A model generated the notes under the pieces. That model saw nothing but the letters and a program-made list of their open reading frames with translations. It ran no database searches and had not been told where the DNA came from. The position numbers and the translations under genes were made by a program. This document shows positions 1 through 8,967 of a stretch of 41,774 nucleotides of DNA, in pieces. The stretch covers positions 1 through 41,774 of the forward strand of contig CAYONY010000002.1 in assembly GCA_964405415.1 (NCBI GenBank), in the 5' to 3' direction. Position 1 is the stretch's first letter, and each line of letters starts with the position of its first letter. This DNA is from an uncultured Fimbriimonadaceae bacterium (lineage in GTDB: Bacteria > Armatimonadota > Fimbriimonadia > Fimbriimonadales > Fimbriimonadaceae).

Positions 1-25
1 TTCTATCTGATTCCGCAGTAAGCCT

Positions 26-463
26 ATGGAAACGCCGCACGAGCACGCCCATCCGCACCATATCATCCCGCCGTCGACGTTCATCAAGACGTTCGCGATG
101 CTGACGATTCTCATGATCGCGACGATCGCGGCGGCCCAGATCCACTACCCCGACCAATCGCCGGTGTGGTCCTACGTGGCCAATGCGATCGCGATGTCGA
201 TCGCCCTCGTCAAGGCCTTTCTCGTCTTCATGAACTTCATGGGCGTGAAGTACGCCAGCCGATTGATCCAGGTCTACGCGGTGCTGGGTTTCCTCTGGGT
301 CACGCTCATGGGGATCGTGATCTGCGATTACGCAACGCGGCAATTCGAGCCGTCTCCGGGCTGGGAGCGCATCACGCCGAGCCCCAACAAACAGCTCACC
401 GAACCACGGATGCAAAACCCCTTCGAGCCCAAGCACGAAGAAGGCAAGGCCGAAGCGCACTAA
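26..463 (+). CDS. small membrane protein, prokaryotic cytochrome c oxidase subunit IV-like (CtaF/CoxD family)
   Basis: ATG at 26. The His-rich N-terminus (HEHAHPHH) is followed by about 3 hydrophobic helices and a KAFLVFMNFM segment resembling the COX4_pro pattern. Family recalled from memory, not searched. Confidence 0.5.
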   Translation: METPHEHAHPHHIIPPSTFIKTFAMLTILMIATIAAAQIHYPDQSPVWSYVANAIAMSIALVKAFLVFMNFMGVKYASRLIQVYAVLGFLWVTLMGIVICDYATRQFEPSPGWERITPSPNKQLTEPRMQNPFEPKHEEGKAEAH

Positions 464-1065
464 TCGCGAGCGTCGCCCGGCAATTCGCATAAAGCGATTT
501 CCAGCGCGTCCATCGGCAGTCCCACCACGTTCGTCGTCGAACCCTCGACGGAAACCACGAACCCCGCCGCGCCCCCTTGGATCGCGTAGCCGCCCGCCTT
601 ATCCAACGGCTCGCCGCTCTTGGCATAAGCAAGAAGTTCCGCCTCCCCGAGGTCCCGAAACGTGACGTGCGAGGTTTCGGCAAAGACCTGACGCCCCTTG
701 GGCCAGACCAGCGCCACGCCCGTGATCACCGCATGGCTCCTTCCGGAGAGTCGCCGCAGCATCTCGGCCGCCGCATCCGCATCGGCCGGCTTGCCCAACT
801 GGTCCCATTCCGAGGATTCCTCTATCGAAGGCAGAGCCACGACCGTGTCGCCGCCGATCACCAAGGCGTTTGGCCTTTGCGTCGCCACCCGGCGGGCCTT
901 GGCCATCGCCAGGTTTTGGGCGGTGCGCCATGGGTCGGGCAGCGTCAAGGCGTCTTCATCGACCTCCGCCGCGAGGACCTCGAATTCGGAAATCAGCCCG
1001 GCCAAGAGCTCGCGGCGGCGCGGCGATGCCGAGGCCAGCACAACCGGATAGGGAAGACGCCGCAC
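460..1065 (-). CDS. maf: Maf-like nucleoside triphosphate pyrophosphatase (septum formation protein Maf)
   Basis: Has the hallmark VVLASASPRRRELL N-terminus plus GKP and AYAIQG-type motifs. The ORF extends to 1152, but that would overlap the divergent gene at 1106. An in-frame GTG at 1065 (VRRLPYPVVLASASPRR) gives a normal length of about 200 aa. Confidence 0.85.
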   Translation of the reverse strand: MRRLPYPVVLASASPRRRELLAGLISEFEVLAAEVDEDALTLPDPWRTAQNLAMAKARRVATQRPNALVIGGDTVVALPSIEESSEWDQLGKPADADAAAEMLRRLSGRSHAVITGVALVWPKGRQVFAETSHVTFRDLGEAELLAYAKSGEPLDKAGGYAIQGGAAGFVVSVEGSTTNVVGLPMDALEIALCELPGDARD

Positions 1066-1105
1066 AACGGCGACCCTACCCCGGATCGGATACAATCGAG
1101 CCTCC

Positions 1106-2227
1106 GTGAACGTTCCATTTCTCGATATCAAAGCGCAGTACGAAGACCTCAAAACCGAGATGGACTTGGTGGTCCATGAGGTGATCTCCAGCGGCGCCTA
1201 TGTGATGGGGAAGCACCACAACGCCTTCGAGCAAGAGGTTGCCGCGCTCCACCAATGCAAACACGGCATCGCCGTCAATAGCGGAACCGATGCCCTGCGG
1301 ATCATGCTCGATGCGGCGGGGGTCGGCCCGGGCGATGAGGTCATCACCACTGCGTTCACCTTTGTCGCCACCGTCGAAGTGATCGTCCAGACCGGCGCGC
1401 GGCCCGTGTTTGTCGACATCGAAGATGCCACCTACCAAATCGACCCCGGAAAGATCTTAGCCGCGATCACGCCGCGCACCAAGGCGATCATGCCGATCCA
1501 TCTCTTCGGCCAGATCTGCGACATGCCGGCGATCCAGGCGATTGCCGACAAGCACGGCCTGACGCTTCTCGAAGATGCCGCCCAAGCGATCGGGGCGAGC
1601 CAGCGAGGACGGCCCGCCGGCAAATTCGGCCAATCGGCCGGCTTCAGCTTCTACGTCACCAAAAACCTCGGCGCCGCCGGCGATGGCGGGCTGATCGTTA
1701 CCGATGACGATGCGGTCGCCGAGACCTGCCGCTCAATGCGGATTCATGGAATGGGGCGGGAGCGGTATTACTACGACCACGTGGGCTACACCAGCCGCCT
1801 TGCCGAGATTCAGGCGGCCGTCCTGCGCACCAAGCTCACCAAACTCGCCGCGTGGAATGCCCGGCGCTCCGAGATTGCCGCGATCTATTTCGAGGCGATG
1901 GAGGCCGAAGGCGTTCGCCTTCCCACCGTGGGCGAGGGTAATGATCCCACGTGGCACCAGTTCACCATCCTCGCCGATCGCCGCGATGCCCTTCAGGCCC
2001 ACCTGAAAGAGCGGGGCGTCGCGTCCATGATCTACTATCCCGTCCCCCTCCACTTTCACGCCCCTTACGCCCACCTTGGGTTTGGCAAAGGCGATTTGCC
2101 GGTGACGGAGCGGGTCTGCGCGACGTGCCTAAGCCTTCCCGTGCACCAGCATATGTCCGACGACCAAGCCCGATATGTTTGCGAATGTGTGGGAGATTTC
2201 ACAAGCAGTCCGGTCGCGGCCGGCTAA
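1106..2227 (+). CDS. DegT/DnrJ/EryC1/StrS family PLP-dependent sugar aminotransferase
   Basis: GTG start. The N-terminus VPFLDIKAQYEDLK is the typical PFLDLKAQY opening of this family. Also has NSGTDAL and SFYVTKNLGA (PLP-lysine region), and a length of 373 aa. Confidence 0.9.
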   Translation: MNVPFLDIKAQYEDLKTEMDLVVHEVISSGAYVMGKHHNAFEQEVAALHQCKHGIAVNSGTDALRIMLDAAGVGPGDEVITTAFTFVATVEVIVQTGARPVFVDIEDATYQIDPGKILAAITPRTKAIMPIHLFGQICDMPAIQAIADKHGLTLLEDAAQAIGASQRGRPAGKFGQSAGFSFYVTKNLGAAGDGGLIVTDDDAVAETCRSMRIHGMGRERYYYDHVGYTSRLAEIQAAVLRTKLTKLAAWNARRSEIAAIYFEAMEAEGVRLPTVGEGNDPTWHQFTILADRRDALQAHLKERGVASMIYYPVPLHFHAPYAHLGFGKGDLPVTERVCATCLSLPVHQHMSDDQARYVCECVGDFTSSPVAAG

Positions 2228-2273
2228 CCAAACAAACGCCGACCCTTTACCCCTCTGACCCTCCGCCCCTGCG

Positions 2274-2960
2274 ATGTACGTCCCGCCTTATGTTCCCCAG
2301 CCGATTGTAATCGCCGACAATGTGGCCCAAGCGGCTTACCTCGTTCGGCTCGGCTTTGTTCGCCGGGTGGTTTTCCTGCATTCGGTGACGGCCGGGCTGG
2401 TGACGGGGATGGCCCTCTTGCCCTTGCCGAGCCTCCCACCCGTTCAGGCGGCGGGGCTGGTGCTGATGCTGCTGGTCGGCCTCAGCTTGATCCGGGGCTT
2501 GGCCAAGGGTCGTCTCGCCGACGTTCGGCTTTCCACATTTGTCTTGCCGGTGCTGTTGCTGGCGCTGGCGCTCTGGCTCCGCGCCCTTTTCGACCAAGGA
2601 TGGCCCATCTGGTCGATGGGTCTAGGTTTGGCGTGCGCGGTGGTCTACGTTGGCCTTTGCGGCCGCGATCTGAGCTTCGTGGGGATGTTCATTTTGGCTC
2701 TGGTGATGTCTTCGGTAGCGATCTCGGGGTTCGCCTGGCGGATTCGCTTAGGCGGACTAGAGTTCGCCAACGCCCTGATTCTGAATGGCGCGTTCCTTTT
2801 CTACTATGTCTACGATTTGGCGGCGCTGCTCACGCGGCGACGGTTGGGCGAGGAGGCGGGCGCAGTCGCCGATCTTTACCGCGACGTACTCAACGGGATC
2901 ACCTACCCGATCCGGGTGTGGCACCATTGGCGTGAGCACCGTATTTGGAGCTTGCGCTAA
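2274..2960 (+). CDS. polytopic membrane protein, BAX inhibitor-1/YccA (TMBIM)-like
   Basis: About 6-7 hydrophobic segments. The N-terminal AAYLVRLGFVRRVVFLHSV resembles the R-x-F-[IL]-x-K-V-Y start, and the C-terminal YYVYDLAALL...AVADLYRDVLN resembles the YDTQ...LYLDxxNLF end of BI-1 proteins. Confidence 0.5.
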   Translation: MYVPPYVPQPIVIADNVAQAAYLVRLGFVRRVVFLHSVTAGLVTGMALLPLPSLPPVQAAGLVLMLLVGLSLIRGLAKGRLADVRLSTFVLPVLLLALALWLRALFDQGWPIWSMGLGLACAVVYVGLCGRDLSFVGMFILALVMSSVAISGFAWRIRLGGLEFANALILNGAFLFYYVYDLAALLTRRRLGEEAGAVADLYRDVLNGITYPIRVWHHWREHRIWSLR

Positions 2961-2962
2961 GC

Positions 2963-3301
2963 ATGACCCGCATTACGTGTATGATTCGGCCCCACCGCCT
3001 CGAGGCGGTCAAATCCGCGATCGCCGCCCTCGGTGTTTCCGGATTGAACGTCACCGATGTGCGCGGAACCGGGAATTCGCCCGAAACCGCCGCCTGGTTC
3101 GGGGGCGACGAGCACCTGATCGCGCTTCCCCTCAAGTCCAAAATCGAAGTCATCGTCCACGATGAACTGAAAGATGCGGTGGTGGACGCAATCCTCGAGC
3201 ACGCACGGACCGGCGAGCCGGGAGACGGTAAAATCTTTGTCGAAGCGGTGGCCGATGCCCTCCGGATTCGTACCGGAGAACGCGGCGAAGCCGCACTTTA
3301 G
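2963..3301 (+). CDS. P-II (GlnB/GlnK) family signal-transduction protein with non-canonical T-loop
   Basis: Aligns along its full length to GlnB (MIRPHRLEAVKSAI...GDGKIFV...RIRTGE). ATG at 2963 gives the canonical 112 aa and lies 2 nt after the upstream stop. The ORF-track start at 2945 overlaps the upstream gene. Confidence 0.85.
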   Translation: MTRITCMIRPHRLEAVKSAIAALGVSGLNVTDVRGTGNSPETAAWFGGDEHLIALPLKSKIEVIVHDELKDAVVDAILEHARTGEPGDGKIFVEAVADALRIRTGERGEAAL

Positions 3302-3369
3302 CGAACGACCGCCCGTCGGCGAGCGTCCAAACTCAAAGCGATCGATTCCAGGACCGGTACCGAAGAACT

Positions 3370-5130
3370 ATGAACCTCTCACTTTTTGCGCTTGCCTTCC
3401 TTGGGCTGAACCCGAATCAACCGAATGTCGAGGTTGCCGTCGACGTCAAAGAGGGCGAAACGATCGCCTTCGAACGCACCTTCACCGTCTCGGTCAAAGC
3501 CAAGAACACCGTGAACCAGGTGGAGTTCTACGTCGGCGACGATCTCCGCGAGACCGACAGCAGCACGCCCTACGAGTTCAAATTCGACACGCTGGCGGAG
3601 AACGAAGGCGAGGTCAAACTCAAGTTTGCGGCCTACGCTTCCGATGGGGAGAACGCCGCCAAATCGATCACGATCCGCATCGATAACGGGATTAGCAAAG
3701 GGCCCGATTTCCATGTCGACAAGGCCAAAGAGTTCCTGGCCGTCAGCAAGTGGGATGATGCGATCCGCGCCTCGCGCGTGGCCATGAAGGCGAAATCCGG
3801 CTACAACCCGGCCCGCATGACTATCGCCCGCGCTTACATGGGCAAAGGGGTGCTCGACCAAGCGCAGAAGTTTGCCGAAGACGCGCTCATCGCGGATGCG
3901 GGCTTTCTCGAAGCCGCCGACTTGCTCAGCGGCATCCATCTGAAGCGCGCCTTCGTGACGTATCACCGCAGCGGCGCCCAGGCCGAAACCCTCGGTGTGA
4001 TCGGCGCCGCCTTCAAGAAGGCGGTGCAGAGCCGCCGTAAGATTCTCGATGCGGCGTATGACAAAGCCGGCACGCCCACCGTCGCCAATGCGGCCGCTTT
4101 TGCCGACGTTGCGCTTCGCGCCGGCCGATATTCCGCGGCGATCAATGCCCTAACCCCCGCGTTTCGAGCCGATTCCCGCCAACAAAGCATCGCCAACCGT
4201 TTGGCGTTTGCCCAAATGCGAAGCGGTCGGTTCCAAGATGCCGCCCAAACGTTGGCGGAGAATGATCGCCGGGGCGGTTTGGATGCGTATGGCTGGGCCT
4301 TGAACGCCATCCTCAGAACGCAGATGGGCGACTTTTCCGGCGCCGACGATGCGATGCGCCAAGCCGTCCTGAGCGATAGCGAAGATTTGGGCGTGCGCAC
4401 CGCCCAGGCCTTCCTGGCGATCTCTCGCAACCGAACCCAGACCCTGCGCCAGTTGGCGGCCAACCTGGCCCGGGACGAGGGCCAGCGCAGCGATGTCAAC
4501 TTCTACCTGGCGATCCTGAACAACATCAACGGCGACTACGCCCAGGCGCGCGATGCCTTCGAGCGATGCGTGCTGGCCGAGCCGACAAACTACGACATGT
4601 ATGTGCAGCGCGGCAACGAGTCGCTGGCGCTCTCCGTCTCCGACAAGATCGAAGCGGCGCAAAAAGCCTATCAATCCACGTCGGCTCGGATGTTCTACGA
4701 AACCGCGCTTGAGGCCCGTGCGGAATCGGCCGAGGCGCTCACCGGCCTGGCGCTGGTCAACATCTTTGAAAAGAAGGTGGCGGAAGCGCTGAAGTTCTCC
4801 CGAGGCTCGGTGGCTGCGGCCCCGGCCTATGCCGCGGGCCAATATACGCTCAGCCTGGTCGCTTCGATGATGGAGACCGAGATCCGCACCGCCGCCGACC
4901 GGCTCTTGCGTTCGACGCGGGACGGCTTGCTCACCACCGAGCAGCGCGCGCAGTACCAGAAAATGCTGCAAGAGGCGGGCGAATACGGCAAAGAAGCCAA
5001 AAAGGCCAGCGATACCGCCGGGAAATTGGACGTTGCCAACTTGCAGGGACGCGAGATGCCCCGCACCATGGAAGCCTACAACTACTTTGCCCGACATGGG
5101 CGGATCCCGTTGATCGCCTTGCCCAAATGA
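3370..5130 (+). CDS. secreted protein with N-terminal Ig-like domain and TPR-like helical repeats
   Basis: Hydrophobic N-terminus, then a roughly 100-aa beta-rich module (VEFYVGDDL...TPYEFKFDT...) like bacterial Ig domains. The rest is Ala/Leu-rich helical repeat sequence typical of TPR proteins. Confidence 0.6.
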   Translation: MNLSLFALAFLGLNPNQPNVEVAVDVKEGETIAFERTFTVSVKAKNTVNQVEFYVGDDLRETDSSTPYEFKFDTLAENEGEVKLKFAAYASDGENAAKSITIRIDNGISKGPDFHVDKAKEFLAVSKWDDAIRASRVAMKAKSGYNPARMTIARAYMGKGVLDQAQKFAEDALIADAGFLEAADLLSGIHLKRAFVTYHRSGAQAETLGVIGAAFKKAVQSRRKILDAAYDKAGTPTVANAAAFADVALRAGRYSAAINALTPAFRADSRQQSIANRLAFAQMRSGRFQDAAQTLAENDRRGGLDAYGWALNAILRTQMGDFSGADDAMRQAVLSDSEDLGVRTAQAFLAISRNRTQTLRQLAANLARDEGQRSDVNFYLAILNNINGDYAQARDAFERCVLAEPTNYDMYVQRGNESLALSVSDKIEAAQKAYQSTSARMFYETALEARAESAEALTGLALVNIFEKKVAEALKFSRGSVAAAPAYAAGQYTLSLVASMMETEIRTAADRLLRSTRDGLLTTEQRAQYQKMLQEAGEYGKEAKKASDTAGKLDVANLQGREMPRTMEAYNYFARHGRIPLIALPK

Positions 5131-5153
5131 GGCGAAAGTCCACCACGAGCGGT

Positions 5154-5190
5154 CCCCTTTAGCGTCCGGCAAGGGGGGCCGTTTGGGTTT
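5154..5190 (+). terminator. possible weak intrinsic terminator after the TPR gene
   Basis: CCCCTT (5154-5159) pairs with AAGGGG (5171-5176) and is followed by GGCCGTTTGGGTTTT. The stem is short and overlaps the possible start region of the kinase gene. Confidence 0.3.
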
Positions 5191-7204
5191 TCATCGCGTC
5201 GGGGAACGTCGCGTGGCCTCTCGCGTCTACTCTAGTGTCCCCATGCCGGGCGGCTATGATGAACCGGTCTCAACGATGAAACGCGCCGAGTCCACCTGGT
5301 GGCGACTCCCCGTTCAAGGCGGCTATCTGCTGGCGGCCGCCGGCCCGATCTTGGCGTTCCTGCTTCACCACGGTTTGGCGGAGGGTCTGGAAGACCGGTC
5401 GGTGTTCTTGCTGGCCACGGTCCCGGTCGCGATTGCCTCGATCCTCGGGGGATTGGGCCCTGGCCTGACCGCGACCTTGGTGGGCCTGGTAGGGGCCGCC
5501 CTCTTCTTTCTCTCCCCGGTGGGCTCGCTGGCCATCCGTGACCCTCTAGACCGGGTGGCCCTTGCCGGTTATGGGCTGCTCTGGACGCTGATCACCGTGC
5601 TTGGCGACTATATGCGCCGCGCGGTGCGGCGTAACGCGGACGACCGAGCCGAGGCGGTCGAACACCAATCCCGACTCGAAACCATTCTTGCCGGAATCAC
5701 CGACGGCTTCTATGCCGTGAACTTGGATTGGCGGATCACCCACGTGAACGCGGCGTTTGAGGCGATTGTGGGCCGCCCCCGACGCGAGTTGATCGGGGCG
5801 TACCTCTGGGACGTCTATCGTGAACCGGCCCACTATGAAACCCGGGTGAAAATGACCGAATGCCTCCGGCGCAACGAGCCGTACATCAAGGACCTTCCCG
5901 ACGAGAAGACCGGCCGCTGGTTTCATGTTCGGGCCTACCCGAATCGCGAGGGCATGTTCGTTTACGTTCAGGACGTTACCGATGAGCGTGAGCTCGTCCA
6001 AAGCCGCGAACGCATGCTCATCGCCGAGCGGAAAGCCCGCGCCGAAGCCGAAAGCACGAACCGGATGAAAGACGAATTCGTCGCGACGCTTTCCCACGAG
6101 CTGCGGTCGCCCCTGACCACCATCTTGGGGTGGACCGAGATTTTGCGGCAAAAGCCCGACCTCGAACCGAAAGTCGAGGAGGGGTTGGCCGCGATCGATC
6201 GGAGCGCCCACCACCAGTCCCAGCTCATCGGCGATCTGCTCGACCTCAGCCGGATCGCCGCCGGCAAGCTCCAGCTCGAACCGGAAATGGTGAATCTTGC
6301 CGACACGGCGCTCGAAGCCGTCGAGTTGGCCCGCCCGGCCGCCGACCGTAAGGGCGTTCGGCTGGAGGTTTCCATCCGAGAAGATCCGGCGCTGGTTCGC
6401 GGCGATCCTCAACGCCTCTACCAAATCCTCAATAACCTGCTTTCGAACGCAATCAAGTTCACGCCGAGCGGGGGATGGGCCCGGGTTCAGGTCGAGGGCT
6501 CGGAAGGGTTTGTGATCTGTTCGGTCGAAGACAACGGCGAAGGCATCGACCCCGATTTTCGTCCTTTCCTTTTCGATCGATTTCGACAGAGCGATGCCTC
6601 CGCATCCCGCAAGCACGGCGGCTTGGGCTTGGGTTTGGCGATCGTTCGTCAATTGGTGGAGCTGCATGGCGGCCAAATCTGGGCCGAAAGCGAGGGCGTC
6701 GGCAAAGGGAGCCGCTTTGCGCTTCGGCTTCCGGCGGTTGACGTGCCGGTGGCCTTCAGTTCGGACGTGTCGCCTCCCGAGTTGGAACCAATCTCGCTGG
6801 CGGGAATGCGGGTCCTGGTCGTCGATGATGAAGGCGAAACCCGCCGTATTCTCAAAACGATGCTTGCGGATGCCGGGGCCGAAGTGGGGCTGGCCGAGAG
6901 CGGGCCTTCCGCCCTCGACCAGCTCTCCGCCCGCCACTACGACGTGCTCTTGAGCGATATCGGCATGCCCGAAATGGACGGCTACCAATTCCTCAAGCTG
7001 GCCAAACGCCGGTTTCGGGGCAATGGCGGGTTGCCGCCGGCCATTGCGTTGACCGCCTTTGTCAACGAAGATGATCGAGCCAAGAGCCGCCGAGCCGGCT
7101 TCATTCGCCATCTCGGCAAGCCAATTGACCGGCGGGAATTGGTTCGCGCCGTGCACGCGGCAGGGCACCCCCTGGATCGAGCCGAAGAAGAATCGGAAGG
7201 CTGA
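5183..7204 (+). CDS. hybrid sensor histidine kinase (KdpD-type DUF4118 membrane module, PAS, HisKA, HATPase_c, C-terminal receiver)
   Basis: H-box FVATLSHELRSPLT, N-box NLLSNAIKFT, G-boxes DNGEGI and GGLGLGLAIV, then a receiver domain (VLVVDDE...DVLLSDIGMPEMDG...K). TTG at 5183 is the longest start. ATG codons at 5243 and 5276 are alternatives. Confidence 0.9.
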   Translation: MGFHRVGERRVASRVYSSVPMPGGYDEPVSTMKRAESTWWRLPVQGGYLLAAAGPILAFLLHHGLAEGLEDRSVFLLATVPVAIASILGGLGPGLTATLVGLVGAALFFLSPVGSLAIRDPLDRVALAGYGLLWTLITVLGDYMRRAVRRNADDRAEAVEHQSRLETILAGITDGFYAVNLDWRITHVNAAFEAIVGRPRRELIGAYLWDVYREPAHYETRVKMTECLRRNEPYIKDLPDEKTGRWFHVRAYPNREGMFVYVQDVTDERELVQSRERMLIAERKARAEAESTNRMKDEFVATLSHELRSPLTTILGWTEILRQKPDLEPKVEEGLAAIDRSAHHQSQLIGDLLDLSRIAAGKLQLEPEMVNLADTALEAVELARPAADRKGVRLEVSIREDPALVRGDPQRLYQILNNLLSNAIKFTPSGGWARVQVEGSEGFVICSVEDNGEGIDPDFRPFLFDRFRQSDASASRKHGGLGLGLAIVRQLVELHGGQIWAESEGVGKGSRFALRLPAVDVPVAFSSDVSPPELEPISLAGMRVLVVDDEGETRRILKTMLADAGAEVGLAESGPSALDQLSARHYDVLLSDIGMPEMDGYQFLKLAKRRFRGNGGLPPAIALTAFVNEDDRAKSRRAGFIRHLGKPIDRRELVRAVHAAGHPLDRAEEESEG

Positions 7205-7205
7205 C

Positions 7206-7781
7206 CTAGGATCCGGCCGGCGCCAGCCGCAGGCTGCGCTCGCGTTGGGCTTCGCGCAGATCGGCCACCCGGCGCGCCTTCTTACAGGCGCGGTGGAGCC
7301 GAGAACGGACGGTGGCGATCTTCAGCCCCATGCGTTCAGCGATCTCCGAGTAGGGCAGCTCCTCGACGTGGGCCATCAGGATCAGTTGCCGAGATTCCTC
7401 GTCGAGATGCGCGAGCGCGGCATAAGCTTCGGCGGCAACCTCCGACCGCTCGACCATGCGGTCCGGCAGGGGTCGAGGGTCAATGATCGCCTCAAGGCCG
7501 CGATCATCGGCGAGGGCCGCCTCCTGAACATAGGTCGGACGTCGGCGCTCTTTTCGCTTGAAGTCCAAGAACGTGTTTTGCGCGATGCGGATGAGCCAGT
7601 TTTCGATCGGGCGATCATAGGTGAAGCTTTCGATCGCGGCATAGGCTCGAGCGAAGGTCTCTTGGGTCACGTCTTCCGCATCTTCCGGGCTGCGGCAAAG
7701 TCCTTTCGCAAAGCGAAGAATCGAGCGGTAGCTTCGACGATAGACGGACTCGAAGTTCGTGGGGGTAGCGGTTAGGTTCAT
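7206..7781 (-). CDS. ECF (sigma-70 family group 4) RNA polymerase sigma factor
   Basis: Region 2 (DAEDVTQETFARAY...NWLIRIAQN) and region 4 (LPYSEIAERMGLKIATVRSRLHRA), 191 aa. No anti-sigma-like gene is adjacent. Confidence 0.9.
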   Translation of the reverse strand: MNLTATPTNFESVYRRSYRSILRFAKGLCRSPEDAEDVTQETFARAYAAIESFTYDRPIENWLIRIAQNTFLDFKRKERRRPTYVQEAALADDRGLEAIIDPRPLPDRMVERSEVAAEAYAALAHLDEESRQLILMAHVEELPYSEIAERMGLKIATVRSRLHRACKKARRVADLREAQRERSLRLAPAGS

Positions 7782-7954
7782 TCCTGTGTCCTCCGAATCG
7801 ACATAGGAATAGTGCGTTTCCCGCCATAAGAAGTCTATTTGGAAGCTCGACCATAGGCATAAGAAAACTGAAAGAAATGCGGGGCATCTTCCTTTTTGAA
7901 CCTAAGCAACGGCGCGACGGGCCGTTTTTTTGTCCGATCGGGGCCGATTTTTTT

Positions 7955-7967
7955 GGGGGGGGGGGGG
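7955..7967. repeat. homopolymeric G13 tract preceded by T7
   Basis: Read directly: T at 7948-7954 and G at 7955-7967. It sits 11 nt downstream of the kdpE-like stop and 174 nt upstream of the ECF sigma start. Confidence 0.95.
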
Positions 7968-7977
7968 TGAACGTGGG

Positions 7978-8682
7978 TCAGCCGGCCAGCCGGTACCCAA
8001 TGCGCGGTTCGGTGAGGATGAGCGTGGGCCGAGAAGGATCGAGTTCGAGCTTCTTCCGAAGATAGCCCATGTAAACGCGAAGGTATTGGGCCTCTTCGGA
8101 GAAAGGGCCGCCCCACACTTCGGAAAGGAGCTGGCGCTGCGTCACCACTTTTCCGGCATGGCGGGCCAAGACGCAGAGCAAGCGGAATTCAAGGGGGGTG
8201 AGCCGGACTTCTTCGCCACGGACGCGCACTTCCCGCGTCGCTGCATCGATATACAACTCGCCATTGTCGAACGTCGCACTTTCGCCGGAGGTGCCAAACT
8301 GGGCGCCTCGACGCAGCGCCACCCGAACGCGCGCCAGCAGTTCGCCGACTCCAAACGGCTTGGTCACGTAATCATCGGCGCCCGCTTCGAGAGCGGCGAT
8401 CTTGAGATCTTCCTGCTCGCGCGCCGAGACGACGATCACCGGCACCGCCGACCAGGTGCGGACATTCTCAAGCACGCTCATGCCTTCGCCGTCGGGCAGG
8501 CCGAGGTCGAGCAGGATCACATCGGGTTTGCGCCGGGCCGCCATCTCGATGCCTTCGGAGGCGGTAGCCGCTTCGAGGACGCGCATCGCGTTCTCCCCAA
8601 GCCCCGCTTGAATCAAGCGGCGAATGGCCGGGTCGTCTTCGATTAGCAGCAATGTGGCGGGGGCGGTGGGGGTTTCGATCAT
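7978..8682 (-). CDS. kdpE: OmpR-family response regulator, KdpE-like
   Basis: Near full-length resemblance to E. coli KdpE as I recall it: LLDLGLPDG.G, WSAVPVIVVSAR, AGADDYVTKPFGVGEL, TPLEFRLL, GKVVTQRQLL..VWG, YLRVYMGYLRKKLE.DP..P....TEP.IGYR. Confidence 0.85.
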   Translation of the reverse strand: MIETPTAPATLLLIEDDPAIRRLIQAGLGENAMRVLEAATASEGIEMAARRKPDVILLDLGLPDGEGMSVLENVRTWSAVPVIVVSAREQEDLKIAALEAGADDYVTKPFGVGELLARVRVALRRGAQFGTSGESATFDNGELYIDAATREVRVRGEEVRLTPLEFRLLCVLARHAGKVVTQRQLLSEVWGGPFSEEAQYLRVYMGYLRKKLELDPSRPTLILTEPRIGYRLAG

Positions 8683-8967
8683 GGAGCGCGCTTCAATCGT
8701 TCAAATCAGTGCTGATGGCCGCCGCCCGGTATGTACCTCTGACGGCAAATTCGAGCTTTCAGTTCCCGCCGCGTTCGAACTTTTTCAAGCGAGCGCGAGG
8801 CAGCCTCACAACGGTAGAGGTGATGGGCGAGCCAAACGATACACGCGCGCTTCATCGGCCAAAGGGCCTCGATCCAATTGCGCGAAAGGCATATCGGAAT
8901 CGGAGAATTCTGCTGTAAAATGAGCCAAGGTCCGGTATTTGTCCCGGATATCACGGAGTCAGCAGTT

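Noticed and set aside
5546-7168. 540-aa ORF antisense to the histidine kinase gene
   Set aside because: This is a typical high-GC shadow ORF. Its translation is Arg/Gly/Pro/Ala-rich low-complexity sequence with no motifs, while the plus-strand frame has unambiguous HisKA, HATPase and REC motifs.
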